Shown in pieces: positions 1-9,800 of a DNA stretch of 64,000 bases. Numbering within the stretch: the stretch's first letter is position 1; every line of letters starts with the position of its first letter. The notes beneath the pieces were generated by a model. The model was not told where the DNA came from. It saw only the letters and a program-made list of their open reading frames with translations, and ran no database searches. A program made the position numbers and the translations under genes. Source of the stretch: a virus (lineage: Duplodnaviria > Caudoviricetes); the IMG/VR virus record IMGVR_UViG_3300003316_000301, positions 91,980 through 155,979 of that record; one strand, written 5' to 3'.

Positions 1-363
1 GAGGGCGCCCAGGCCGTCCGTGGAGGACTCCCGGACGATGCGCCGGGCCTCGGCCTTGCGCTTGGCGGCCTGACGGGCCTTGACGAACTCGCGCTCGTAC
101 ACGGAGCCGTAGACGCCCTCGGGAAGCTCCTCGCGGAAGATGTGCGCCATGTCCGAGGAGATCATGCAGGCCATCTTCCAGGTCAGGCCCTCGATGTCCT
201 CGATCACCGGCTCCTCGCCCTGCTTGCCGTTGGCGTACCAGGAACGGAGATCCTCGATCGCGAGGAGCTGGGCCCGCGCGGCCTTCGTGTTCCCCATCGC
301 TGCTTCCAGCATCTCCTTGACGAAGTCGTGCCGGTCGCGCTCGCTGTGGGCGAAGTTCTTCAT
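1..363 (-). CDS. hypothetical protein, 3' end truncated by the window edge
   Basis: ATG at 363 behind a strong AGGAGG RBS and a promoter at 412-441; frame open to position 1 (MKNFAHSERDRHDF...). Confidence 0.75.
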   Translation of the reverse strand, partial: MKNFAHSERDRHDFVKEMLEAAMGNTKAARAQLLAIEDLRSWYANGKQGEEPVIEDIEGLTWKMACMISSDMAHIFREELPEGVYGSVYEREFVKARQAAKRKAEARRIVRESSTDGLGAL

Positions 364-411
364 GCGGGCCTCCTGAGGAGTCGGTTCCGGGGCTTCCCCC
401 TGACAACGTCA

Positions 412-441
412 AGGTTACTACGGGAATTCCTGGGGCGTCAA
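412..441 (-). promoter_or_regulatory. sigma70/HrdB-type phage promoter TTGACG-N18-TAACCT
   Basis: Near-consensus -35/-10; member of a repeated promoter family in this window. Confidence 0.75.
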
Positions 442-797
442 GCCCTCTCTTCGAACTCCTCGTGGAGCTGGGAGAGCTTCTCCGTGGGGATCCAGCAGTT
501 CGAGAACGGAGCCCGGCTCCAGTCGTCGGCGGCCAGGGTGCACAGGCCTTCAGCGGCCACACGGGCCTTCTCCACGGCGTTCGCACGCTTCTGGCTCAGA
601 CCCTCCAGGCCCGCGTCCGGAGTGCGCACGAGGACCTTGGGGTCGCCGTACCGCTGGTAGTGCAGTTCGGCCCGCAAGTAGCGGTTCTCCCTGCTGACGA
701 TGAAGAAGATCACCGGGCACTTCAGGTGCTCGGCCAGCCGTCGGCCGTTGGTGATCCCCTTGGCCTTCAGGGCCTCGCGCAGCTCCGCCCCGGTCAT
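438..797 (-). CDS. hypothetical protein
   Basis: ATG at 797 overlaps the upstream stop (ATGA); GC3-biased codons. Confidence 0.7.
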   Translation of the reverse strand: MTGAELREALKAKGITNGRRLAEHLKCPVIFFIVSRENRYLRAELHYQRYGDPKVLVRTPDAGLEGLSQKRANAVEKARVAAEGLCTLAADDWSRAPFSNCWIPTEKLSQLHEEFEERA

Positions 798-1282
798 CGC
801 TTGCTCCACTGGATGCCGATGTTCAGGGCGTTCTCCGTGACGAACTTCCACAGGGCGTGACCACGCATCCAGTGCGGCCCCTCCCACTCCGGCGTGGGAA
901 CGACGTGCGTCGCGCTGATCTTGCCCTCGCCTGAGCGGACGGTCAGCTCGAAGACGGCACCAACGCCCGGGAACATGGGGTCCCGGGTGAGCGGCGGCTC
1001 GGGGCTGTCCTCGCTCGGGACCTCAGCCTCCCAGATGAGCTGGTCGGTGGTCTCGAAGTTCAGCCCTCGGTAGGGGTCGTCCGCCGGGTTGGCGGAGATG
1101 TCGGAGTGCGAGGAGCCGTAGAGGTACGTACGGGCGTACCAGCGCTCCTCGCCCTCATCGCCCCACCAGACGTCCGAGACGTCTCTGCGGTCGCGGAGGT
1201 GCTCCTCCAGGACCGCCTGAGCGCTCCTCCAGTCGGTCCGGAAGCCCGGCTTGCCGTTGACGGTGAACAGGTAGATCTTCAT
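794..1282 (-). CDS. hypothetical protein
   Basis: Strong RBS; typical codon bias. Confidence 0.75.
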   Translation of the reverse strand: MKIYLFTVNGKPGFRTDWRSAQAVLEEHLRDRRDVSDVWWGDEGEERWYARTYLYGSSHSDISANPADDPYRGLNFETTDQLIWEAEVPSEDSPEPPLTRDPMFPGVGAVFELTVRSGEGKISATHVVPTPEWEGPHWMRGHALWKFVTENALNIGIQWSKR

Positions 1283-1339
1283 GAGTCCTCCTGGGGAGTC
1301 GGTGCTGACGGCCTCCTGGGTAACGTCCTGACACCGTCA

Positions 1340-1368
1340 AGGTTACCCCAGGAATCCTTGTAGCGAAA
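1340..1368 (-). promoter_or_regulatory. phage promoter (-10 TAACCT, spacer motif CCAGGAATCCTTG)
   Basis: Same architecture as the 412-441 and 5035-5064 sites; weaker -35. Confidence 0.65.
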
Positions 1369-1372
1369 CCCC

Positions 1373-1771
1373 CTAGCGGGGTCGGCCTCCGTGGAACCGC
1401 TGCTCATGGTCCATCATCGACGCCACGGCGTTGAGCATGTTGGCCCCCACGGCCAGGGCCTCGTTGTCCGGCAGCTCCTCGCTGACGCTCGACGTCGCCA
1501 CCAGCGTGCGGGGATCCACCAGACCGGCCTTGCCCTGGTAGCAGTCCTTGCAGGCCACGTACGCGTGGACCTTCCAGGGGCCGTCCTCGGACTCCAGACC
1601 GTGCTCCACGCCGAAGACGTACCGGTCCAGCCGCAGGTTGATCAGAGCAAGCCGGAACAGCTCGTTCTTGCGTCGCTTCTCCCGGGCCGCCCTGGCCTCC
1701 TGGTGGCGCCGGAGGTTGAACTCCGGCCAGCTCTCCCCCTCGCGGGGGCGGCTCTCGATGGCGGTGCTCAT
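1373..1771 (-). CDS. hypothetical protein with CxxC
   Basis: Start MSTAIESRP at 1771 coupled to the upstream stop; the longer ORF-track N-terminus is off-frame shadow. Confidence 0.7.
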   Translation of the reverse strand: MSTAIESRPREGESWPEFNLRRHQEARAAREKRRKNELFRLALINLRLDRYVFGVEHGLESEDGPWKVHAYVACKDCYQGKAGLVDPRTLVATSSVSEELPDNEALAVGANMLNAVASMMDHEQRFHGGRPR

Positions 1772-2253
1772 TCCGGCTCGCCGATCTTGACCGTGGTGAC
1801 CTCGTTGTCCTGGACCTTGATCTGCCAGGCCTCTCCCCCGCCCATGCCGGTCATGATGCCGTTGACCGTGTGGTCGAAGGTGAAGCCGTGCAGGAGGTCG
1901 TCCTCGGCGACGAGCTTGGCCTTCTCGGCGAAGATCCCGGCAGGCCTCAGGAAGTAGTCGATCACGTACCGGATCCAGGGCTCCAGGTCCCCGGCACCCT
2001 CCTGGCCGTCCCACTCCAGCAGGCCGGGCCCGTTCAGGCGCAGGCTGGCGTACAGGGTCGGCATGTCCTGGGCGGGCCGGTTCCAGTCGATCACGTCCGG
2101 GTGGGACGCGGTGAGGCTCTTGCGGATGTCCAGGGGTCCGTGCACGGTCGTCATGTGCCGGGCGTCCAGGAACAGGCGCAGGGCCTTGAACTCGGTCGGG
2201 TTCAGCGGCGGCTCGATGTGGAGCTGGCCCTTGTACTGTGCGTCGAATCCCAT
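1768..2253 (-). CDS. hypothetical protein
   Basis: Compact globular-looking ORF in an operon. Confidence 0.75.
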   Translation of the reverse strand: MGFDAQYKGQLHIEPPLNPTEFKALRLFLDARHMTTVHGPLDIRKSLTASHPDVIDWNRPAQDMPTLYASLRLNGPGLLEWDGQEGAGDLEPWIRYVIDYFLRPAGIFAEKAKLVAEDDLLHGFTFDHTVNGIMTGMGGGEAWQIKVQDNEVTTVKIGEPE

Positions 2254-2255
2254 GG

Positions 2256-2606
2256 TCAGATGTCCTTCTGGGGGAACTGGTCGAGCAGGATCTTGAGGTC
2301 GTCCAGCAGGAGCTTCTTGCCCGGCGGCCCCGCGAGGGCCTGGATGTCCTGCTCCATGTTGTCCGCGACACGGGCCACACGGCTGGCGGGGTCGTAGCCC
2401 TCGGCCTCGCGCACCTTGGCGATGTGCTCCACCTCGATGAGCACATCGGCCTCGTACGCCTTCACGAACGCGGTCACCCGGCGCCGGACGTCCTGGAGGA
2501 TCTCTGTGCGGTCCATGGCCTTGGCCACGCGCTCGATGATCTCCTCCCCGTTCTCACGGGCCTTCTGGACGTCCGTCTGCTGGTAGTCGTCGTAGGTCTT
2601 CGCCAT
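2256..2606 (-). CDS. hypothetical protein
   Basis: AGGAGG RBS; helical protein. Confidence 0.75.
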   Translation of the reverse strand: MAKTYDDYQQTDVQKARENGEEIIERVAKAMDRTEILQDVRRRVTAFVKAYEADVLIEVEHIAKVREAEGYDPASRVARVADNMEQDIQALAGPPGKKLLLDDLKILLDQFPQKDI

Positions 2607-2690
2607 AGCTCCTCCTGGGGAGTCTCGGGGGTCTGAACGGCCGTACAGGGGGCGCCTGGGGTGAAGGCCCAGGAGCCCGCAGAGCGGCCG

Positions 2691-3368
2691 TCAGCGGGGC
2701 AGCAGGACGCCCTGGGTCTGGAGCACGGTCGCGGCCACGTCCACCGCGTCCTCGGTCCCGCTCACCACGGCCACGAGGGCGAGGTAGTAGAGGTGGCCCT
2801 CCATGCGGCGGGCGGCCTCCGGGTCGGTCTTCGCGGTCTCCCGGATCGTCCGCACGTGCTCGTCGGCGTCCTCCGGCGTCACCAGCGGCACGAAGGGGAA
2901 CGCTCCGCGCTTCGGGTCGGTCTCGCCCGAGGGGGTCTCCACAGAGGCCTCCTCGGTCTCCTGCGGGGCCACCAGGTCCTCGCTCTCGGGAATGTCCGAC
3001 CGGCGCGCGGGAGCCCCGGAGACGGCCAGGAAGCTGTTGTCGGTCTTGCCGGTGTCCTCGTTCCAGCCCCACACGACGAAGTAGCCGACCGTCTTGAGGT
3101 CCTCCATCATGTCCGCCACGCGCTCCAGGCGGGCCTTCTCGCGCTCGGCCGCCTTGCGGGCCTGGACGCCCTTCAGCTCCCGGGAGACGCCCTCGTAGGA
3201 GACGCGGACGATCTTGCCGCCCTCGGTGTCGGACTGTCCCGGCCACTCGCGGACGATGTATCCCCCGTACCGGGTCTCGTGCGCGCCGTACGGGTTGTAG
3301 CCGAGTCGGCGGAGCTGTTTGGACACGGCGGATGCGTGGGTCCGCCCGGTGGTCTGGTGCTTGGCCAT
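2691..3368 (-). CDS. hypothetical protein
   Basis: RBS; codon bias. Confidence 0.75.
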   Translation of the reverse strand: MAKHQTTGRTHASAVSKQLRRLGYNPYGAHETRYGGYIVREWPGQSDTEGGKIVRVSYEGVSRELKGVQARKAAEREKARLERVADMMEDLKTVGYFVVWGWNEDTGKTDNSFLAVSGAPARRSDIPESEDLVAPQETEEASVETPSGETDPKRGAFPFVPLVTPEDADEHVRTIRETAKTDPEAARRMEGHLYYLALVAVVSGTEDAVDVAATVLQTQGVLLPR

Positions 3369-3397
3369 ACGGCCCTCCTGCTGGTCTCTGGCGGGAA

Positions 3398-3421
3398 GCC
3401 GGGGCCCGTGAGGACCCCGGC
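3398..3421 (-). terminator. GC-rich hairpin after the TerD gene
   Basis: GCCGGGG...CCCCGGC inverted repeat. Confidence 0.5.
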
Positions 3422-3438
3422 GGGTAGGTACTGCTGGA

Positions 3439-4023
3439 TCACATGCCGATCGCGGCGCGGAGCAGGGAACGGAAGTCTCCCTGGGTCAGGCGTCCCGCCG
3501 TGTTGATGACCTCCAGCGTCCAGGAGAGGCCCTGGCGCTCGGCCTTCGCGATGCCCATGAAGTTGCCGGTGGCCAGCAGGGACGGCTGGATCATGGCGAC
3601 CTTGTCAGAGCTGCCGCCGGTGGCGTCGTAGACCGAGACGCGCACGTTCTTGGCCTGGCCGAAGTCCGTGCCCTTCTTGAAGGCCACGAAGGCGAACAGG
3701 ATCGAGGTGATGTTGTTCGGGATCCGGGAGAAGTCGACGGTGATCACCTCGTCGTCACCGGCCTTCTTGCCCCGGTGCTCATCTCCCGAGTGCGTGATGG
3801 CGCCGGTCTCCGTCGGGTCCAGGTTGTCCAGACCCGCGTACATGACCGGGTCCTCGCCCTGCATCAGGACGGCGACGAGGTCCAGGTCCGTGCCGATGAA
3901 GTTCTTGATGGCTCCCAGGACACGACCGGAGCCGCCGGTGGACGTGTCCCAGGCCCCGCCGATCTGGAGCTTCTGGACACCGGTGAGGTCGTTGCGGCCG
4001 TCGTCCTTGGTGAGTACGTGCAT
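3439..4023 (-). CDS. TerD/TerZ-family stress protein
   Basis: Motifs GAWD, DLDLVAV, ITHSGD..G..GDDEVITVDFSRIP; ATG at 4023 with RBS. Confidence 0.85.
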   Translation of the reverse strand: MHVLTKDDGRNDLTGVQKLQIGGAWDTSTGGSGRVLGAIKNFIGTDLDLVAVLMQGEDPVMYAGLDNLDPTETGAITHSGDEHRGKKAGDDEVITVDFSRIPNNITSILFAFVAFKKGTDFGQAKNVRVSVYDATGGSSDKVAMIQPSLLATGNFMGIAKAERQGLSWTLEVINTAGRLTQGDFRSLLRAAIGM

Positions 4024-4058
4024 GAGTGCCTCCTGGGTGGTAAGTGTTCTCTGGCGGT

Positions 4059-4082
4059 GGCGGGGGCCGTGTGGCCCCCGCC
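4059..4082 (-). terminator. hairpin terminator
   Basis: GGCGGGGGCC-GTGT-GGCCCCCGCC perfect 10-bp stem just after the stop at 4092. Confidence 0.6.
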
Positions 4083-4091
4083 GGGTGGGGA

Positions 4092-4994
4092 CTAGCCCCA
4101 GGGGAGTCCGTACTTCTCGGCGCAGATCGGACCGTAGCCCGCCGCCTCCGACTCCTCCTTGGTGAGCTGCTTGGTGCAGAAGACGCAGCGGTGGTACAGC
4201 TCGCCGAACTTCGCGGCCTGCTCCGCCGTGGCCTTCTTGTCCTCGGTCAGCTTCCGGAAGGGGCTCTGGCCGACGTAGACCCACTTCTCGGTCTCGTCGT
4301 CCCACTCACGGGCCGTGGTGTTGCCGGTCCGCTCGGAGACGATGACCTTGAAGTACGTCCCGTCGACCACGTAGACGCCCTCGGCCGGGATGTAGCGGGC
4401 CGGGGTCTCCGCCTTGCGCTGCTTGTCCTTGTACGGGGCCGCCTTGAGGTCCGTGATGTGCTTGGACGCGGTCTCGAAGGGGAGGTCGGCCAGATTGGCC
4501 AGGTCCAGGGTGAGGTCGTGCTCCCGCTCGGCCAGCAGCTTCTTCAGGAAGCCGAGCTGAGCCGGAGTGATCATCCGGGTGCTGGAGGTCCCCCTGGGGG
4601 CGACCGACAGGTCCAGCAGGGACTTCATCGCGTCGATGGTCTCGGAGGCCTTCGACTTCTCGATCTCGTTCTGGGCCTGGGCCTGCTCGACGATCAGCCG
4701 GTGCTCCGGCGAGAGCAGGTGCAGCGGGATCCTGCGAGCGAGGGAGCAGACGTAGTTGGCCTGACGCGGACTGGCGGGGGTGAAGACCTCCTTGCCCTCC
4801 GCCCGGCCCTGCTTGCGGTCCGCGACGATGCGCTCGTGCTCGGCGACCTTGCGCTCGTAGGAGGCCGCGACCTGGCAGCAGAAGCCGGAGCCGTGCTCCT
4901 TCTTGCCGACAGCGGCGTGGTCCCGCAGGACGTCACGCATCATGGCGAGGGTGAAGGGGTCCAGCTTGCCGGTGCCGGGGAATTCGTAGGTCAC
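4092..4994 (-). CDS. protein with C-terminal DUF6011-like zinc finger
   Basis: CVFCTKQLTKEESEAAGYGPICA motif. Confidence 0.75.
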   Translation of the reverse strand: MTYEFPGTGKLDPFTLAMMRDVLRDHAAVGKKEHGSGFCCQVAASYERKVAEHERIVADRKQGRAEGKEVFTPASPRQANYVCSLARRIPLHLLSPEHRLIVEQAQAQNEIEKSKASETIDAMKSLLDLSVAPRGTSSTRMITPAQLGFLKKLLAEREHDLTLDLANLADLPFETASKHITDLKAAPYKDKQRKAETPARYIPAEGVYVVDGTYFKVIVSERTGNTTAREWDDETEKWVYVGQSPFRKLTEDKKATAEQAAKFGELYHRCVFCTKQLTKEESEAAGYGPICAEKYGLPWG

Positions 4995-5034
4995 GGGGGC
5001 CTCCTGAGGAGTCGGTGTCGCCTTGACGCTGTCA

Positions 5035-5064
5035 AGGTTACTCCAAGGATCATTGGAGAGGCAA
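5035..5064 (-). promoter_or_regulatory. phage promoter TTGCCT-N18-TAACCT with operator palindrome
   Basis: Consensus spacing; CCTTGAC-GCT-GTCAAGG palindrome at 5021-5037. Confidence 0.75.
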
Positions 5065-5096
5065 GCCCCTCCCTGGCGGGATTTTTAAAAACGGGT

Positions 5097-5579
5097 CTAG
5101 CGGTTGCCGAACGCCACGTCCATCAGCGCGGACAGGTCGTCCAGCGGCAGGGTGACGCTACGTCCGTCCTTGGACACGTCGTATCCGTCTCCCGGTGCCG
5201 GGGTGTAGCCGGGGTAGTTCCTCAGGTTCCGCCGGAGAAGGGTCAGCAGGCGCTGCGCGTGCAGCCGCTCCACCTCCTCCGAGGTCTCCTTGCGCTCGAA
5301 GTCGGCCCAGGGGCCGGAGAGCTTGCGGGGGTCCACGGCGACCCTCGTGAGGGACTCCTCGTCCTCCCCGGGACTGCTGACGATGTACGCCTTCAGGGAC
5401 AGGTTCGCCCTGTAGCGCGTCTCGCCCTTGCCGGGCATGTGGCGCGTGCGGGTGGTGGTGTCCTCCACCCACTCGCCGGAGCCGTTGATGCGCCATCCAG
5501 GGGACAGGTCCACGATCTCGTAGCACCTGTCCCCAGGACCGACGTACCGTCCGCCGACTTCCAGGTCACTGCGCTTCAT
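5097..5579 (-). CDS. hypothetical protein
   Basis: MKRSDLEVGGRY start with GGAGG RBS; promoter at 5609-5638. Confidence 0.75.
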   Translation of the reverse strand: MKRSDLEVGGRYVGPGDRCYEIVDLSPGWRINGSGEWVEDTTTRTRHMPGKGETRYRANLSLKAYIVSSPGEDEESLTRVAVDPRKLSGPWADFERKETSEEVERLHAQRLLTLLRRNLRNYPGYTPAPGDGYDVSKDGRSVTLPLDDLSALMDVAFGNR

Positions 5580-5608
5580 GCACTTCCTCCCGCTCTCCAC
5601 CGGTCTCC

Positions 5609-5638
5609 AGGTTACTCCTGGAATCCTTGGGGTCACAA
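5609..5638 (-). promoter_or_regulatory. phage promoter TTGTGA-N18-TAACCT
   Basis: Same spacer motif (CCTGGAATCCTTGG at 5617-5630). Confidence 0.65.
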
Positions 5639-5665
5639 CGGGAGAGGGGCTTCCCTCTCCCGTTG
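5636..5665 (-). terminator. hairpin terminator
   Basis: 13-bp perfect stem CAACGGGAGAGGG/CCCTCTCCCGTTG after the stop at 5676. Confidence 0.65.
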
Positions 5666-5675
5666 CTCACAGCGG

Positions 5676-6764
5676 TCAGCCCATGTAGGGCTTGATCAGC
5701 TCGTCGATGATGCCGACGGCCTTCACGGGCGCCTGGGTGTTCAGGGCCTCCTGGACCTTGTTCAGGAGCATCCGGAAGGACTTCATGATCTGTTCGGTCT
5801 CGACCATGTGAACCGCGTCCTTGCCGGACAGCTCCTTGGACAGGTCGTGGATCTTCTTCTTCGCCGCCTCGCTGGCCTTGTCGAACGCGGCCTTGGCGTC
5901 GGTGTACTGCTTGTCCGACAGGGAGAGGTCCCGCTCCGCCTCCCTGCGGACTTGGGCGATCTGGTCCTCCAGTTCGGCAACCTGCTTCTTCAGGCCGTCG
6001 ATCTCAGCCGTACCAGCCGACCCGGCGAAGTTCTCCCCGAGAACCGAGACGAGCAGTTCCAGCGCGTCATTGACGTCAGAGGGGAGGGCGGGGCTGTGCA
6101 CGGGGGAGGTCTCCTGGGTCTCGGGGGCGGAGAGGACGGTTTCCGGGTTGTAGACGCCATGGCGGAAGCCCCGGTGCATGGCGAGCCCCTGCGGGCGCTT
6201 GGAGGTGAACTTCTTGCCCTGCTCCCAGCACTCGATGCAGTAGTACGTCTCGACCCCGTGGAGGTTCACGAGGAAGAGGCTCGACTGCGTCTGGCCCAGG
6301 AGCGCCGGGTCGAAGACCGGGATCTCGGTCGGCAGGACGCGGACCTCCTTCACGGGCTCGGGCTCCGGCTGAGCGTCCACGAGTCCGCCCTGGGTCGCCT
6401 CTTCGGCCTTCTTCTTGGCCCGGTCCGCTTCGGCCTTCTTCTTGGCCTGAGCGGCCTCGAAGGCCTTGCGCTGTGCGTTGGCCGCCTGCGCCTTCTTCTC
6501 GCCCTCCGCCTCCAGCTCAGCGAGAAGAGCCTCGGTCTCTTCAGGCGTACGGGCCGGGCCCTCGCCGATGAGGTTGTACTGGCGGGCGTTCGAGCGGAAC
6601 ACCTTCATCGACTCGTCGTTGGGGTTCAGACCGATCGTGATCGCAACGCCGTCGGGCGCGCTGATCACGATCTTCTGGTTCCGGATCGAGACGTCCCAGT
6701 CCGCAGCCTTCGCGAGATCGATCGCGTTCTGCACCTCAGCGGGTACGCGCTTGTTACCAGCCAT
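5676..6764 (-). CDS. HicA-like N-domain, C2H2 zinc finger and coiled-coil protein
   Basis: DW.V......I.APDG..I.....PND pattern; CIEC...HRGFRH; heptad-rich C-terminus; RBS before ATG at 6764. Confidence 0.65.
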   Translation of the reverse strand: MAGNKRVPAEVQNAIDLAKAADWDVSIRNQKIVISAPDGVAITIGLNPNDESMKVFRSNARQYNLIGEGPARTPEETEALLAELEAEGEKKAQAANAQRKAFEAAQAKKKAEADRAKKKAEEATQGGLVDAQPEPEPVKEVRVLPTEIPVFDPALLGQTQSSLFLVNLHGVETYYCIECWEQGKKFTSKRPQGLAMHRGFRHGVYNPETVLSAPETQETSPVHSPALPSDVNDALELLVSVLGENFAGSAGTAEIDGLKKQVAELEDQIAQVRREAERDLSLSDKQYTDAKAAFDKASEAAKKKIHDLSKELSGKDAVHMVETEQIMKSFRMLLNKVQEALNTQAPVKAVGIIDELIKPYMG

Positions 6765-6801
6765 GTGGCCTCCTCGGGTCGGTTCTCTCTGGCAGGACAA
6801 G

Positions 6802-6830
6802 AACCTACTACCAAGGATTCCTGGAGTCAA
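6802..6830 (-). promoter_or_regulatory. phage promoter TTGACT-N17-TAGGTT
   Basis: Near-consensus; spacer CCAAGGATTCCTGG at 6811-6824. Confidence 0.75.
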
Positions 6831-9800
6831 GCTCCCAGCTTCACCGGCTCCCAGCTACCTCCGATGCAGAGCATGATCTCCTTGACGTCCCAGGTCGCAG
6901 GCTCGACCTTGGGCAGGAACCGCACGTGGCTGTTGTGGTACTTCAGCGTGATGTGCGGAGTCCATCCATGATCATTGCGGACCTTGTACCCGTGCTCCAC
7001 GAGGAGTTCGTTCAGGTCGTGCCGGATCGCCCCTCCCCCGGGGATGTCCACGGCGGCCCACAGGACATGGTTGCCCGGGTTGGTGAAGGTACCGGCTCCG
7101 CCGACGCTGGCCTTGAAGGGCTTCTGCGTACGGGCCCACGCACGCACGAGGGAGTCCAGCCCGGCCACCTGGTCCTTGGAGTGCTCCGTCTTGCTCCCGA
7201 GGTAGCACAGGGTCACGTGGAGGGCCTCCAGGGGCTCCCCGTCCTCCACCAGCAGTTTCCGGCCGATGCTCTTGGGCGGCACGATGGCGATCATGATGCC
7301 GTCGCCGTCTGTTCCCGAGGCCTGGGAGAACAGGCCGGACAAGGTCCTCCTCGCCGTCGTGGGGACCCAGGGGCTCGGTCCGGTGGGCGAGGAGTTCTTC
7401 CACTCCCGCAGGCGCTCCCAGGGCCGGTCAGGGTGCTGGTCGAGGTACTTCTCCACGACGTTCGAGAGATCGAAGAGCCCCTTGCCGTTACCAGTGAAGG
7501 CGTCCGAGCGGTGGGTGTGCAGCTCCTCCCAGAGGTTGGCCGCCATGCGCTGGCGCTCCTCCTCCGGCAGCCTGCCGATCGCCTCGATCTCGTGGAGCAG
7601 GGTCTCGGCATAGTCCCAGTAGGACTCCGGCAGGTGGGTGGCGCTCCAGTCCTTCGGGACCTCCAGGGGGTGCACGGCCCAGGTGTCGTCGGTGACGTCG
7701 TAAGCCGCGTACGGCTTGAGGTTCCTGATGTCCCAGGCCCGGGGGTTCACGAAGAACGTCCGGTCGAAGGGGCCCACCTTGCGGCCGTCGGCCAGCTCGA
7801 AAAAGTAATTGTCGACATTCGCCTTGGACCACAGGGCGTCCGTCATCTGCTGGGCGATCTCGGCATCGTCCAGCTCCTCGTGATCCGGATTCTGGTCGCG
7901 GAACTCGGTCCAGTCGATGCCGATCAGGACGTCGAAGTCCCCGTTGAAGGGCTGCCACTTGGCCGCCTCGGACCCGGCGAAGTACACCTTGGCCCAGGTC
8001 TCCCAGCCGTCGTACAGGTGCCCCAGGACGCGCCCTACGCGGTCCAGGATGTCCTGGCGGACCTCCGGGCGCAGGTGGTCGCCCTCGAAGATGCGCTGGT
8101 CGTTCTGGGCACTGTTGGGGCCCCAGTACCGGCCCTCGGGGAGCCAGGTGTGGGTGTGGGTGTAGACCGGGTGGTCCCCGATCGTGGTGTTGTCCTCGTG
8201 GCCGTGCGAGCCGTCGTCGTGAGCCCAGCCGTCCATGGTGGTCATCTGGACCCGGTGGCCCTCGTTGTCGGTCCCCATGGTTCCCGGCGGCGTGTAGGCG
8301 GCCGTCGTGGACGAGGAAGACCCCGAGTCTCCCCCGGCGTCTCCCGAGTCGTCAGAGCCGCCCTGAAGGGCTTCCGGGACCCCTCCCATCCACCGGTTCT
8401 GGGTGTGCTTGCGCTTCTCCTCGTCGGCCTCCATGGCCCCTTGATGCTGGGCGGGTGCCTGGAAGTGCTCGTCGAACGTTCTCAGGGCGTTGTGGTGACC
8501 GTAGTGGCCCAGCAGCCCCCGGAACGTGTCAACGAAGTCCTGACCATGGCCGCCCGAGGTGAGCAGGTGGGCCATCTCGTGCAGTACAGCGTGGTTGTGG
8601 AAGTGGTTCGAACCCAGGTGGAGGCGAAGCTGCTCGTCCGGCTCCCCCAGCTCGTCCTCTCGCACGACGTAGCTGTGGTTCGGACGCAAGGTCGGCCTGA
8701 CGGCCAGGTCGGCCGCCTGCGGATGCCCGTGGTCGTGCAGGATCTGCCGGGCGTGGTCCCCGGCCTCCTCCAGATCTCCGTAGCGCTGGAGATCGTGACC
8801 GCCCTCCGTCATGGCCTTCTGAGCCGCGTAGACGTTCGTGGTCCACGCATCCCTCGCCGCTGTCGAGCGCACCCCCTCCGGGTCGGAGAGATCCGGCCTG
8901 GTCAGACAGACGAACTGAGGGCTCTTCCGGGTGAACAGCCGCATCTGCCGGTGCGGGACCTCGGTCTCGGCCCGGTGGCGGACCTCCGGCCAGGACTCGG
9001 CGAAGCCGGGGTGCAGCTCGCCGGACTCGTGCATCTCGTCGATCTGGGGCGCGGTGAACCACCGGTGCCCGGCCGCCTCGTGGGAGTGCGAGCCGTCCTC
9101 GGAGGGTGTGAACTTCTCCGGGGTGTCGGCGATCACCGTGTGGTACGACCAGCCCCCGTGGTCGTTGGAGTGCGTGCCGATGTGGCCGAGCGGCGGCAGA
9201 CCTCCCAGCTCCTCGTCACCCTCTCGGGTACCAGCCTCGAAAGGGGTCTCACCCCTCTCGATCGCTCCGCCGGGGATGGACCAGGTACCCGGGTGGTCGA
9301 CGTGCCGCGAGCGCTGCTGGAGCAGGTAGTGGTGGGTCCCCTCCAGGTCCGTGTGGCGCACCAGGAGTCCAGCCGCTCCGCGCGCTCCCCAGTGGTCGTG
9401 TCCCTGGGCGCAGGTGACCTCGTCGGGGTCCTTCGCGGCGTGCACCCGGATGGGGTTGTCGAAGGTGTGGGTGACAGGCCCGCGTGCCGAGTGCCAGGTG
9501 ATCCCCCGCACGTTCATGGGGGCGTTGCGCTTGAGGGGCACCTCCCGTTCGGGGTCCATGTCCCAGTCCCGTACGGCCCGGTCCTCCAGCACGTACGAGT
9601 TGTCCTCGATGTGGTGACGCTCGGGAGTGTCGGCGTGCAGGACCACGGCTGTCTGCCCGGGGCTGAGCCGGTCGCCGTTGAGGTGGTGGTAGCCGGGATC
9701 GTCGGTCCAGTGCACGCCGACGTTGCCCTTGGTCAGGGTGTGCTGGAGGACGGCTCGGGCCCGCTCATCCACCGGGAGCTTCTCGTTGTGCGCCGGGTGG

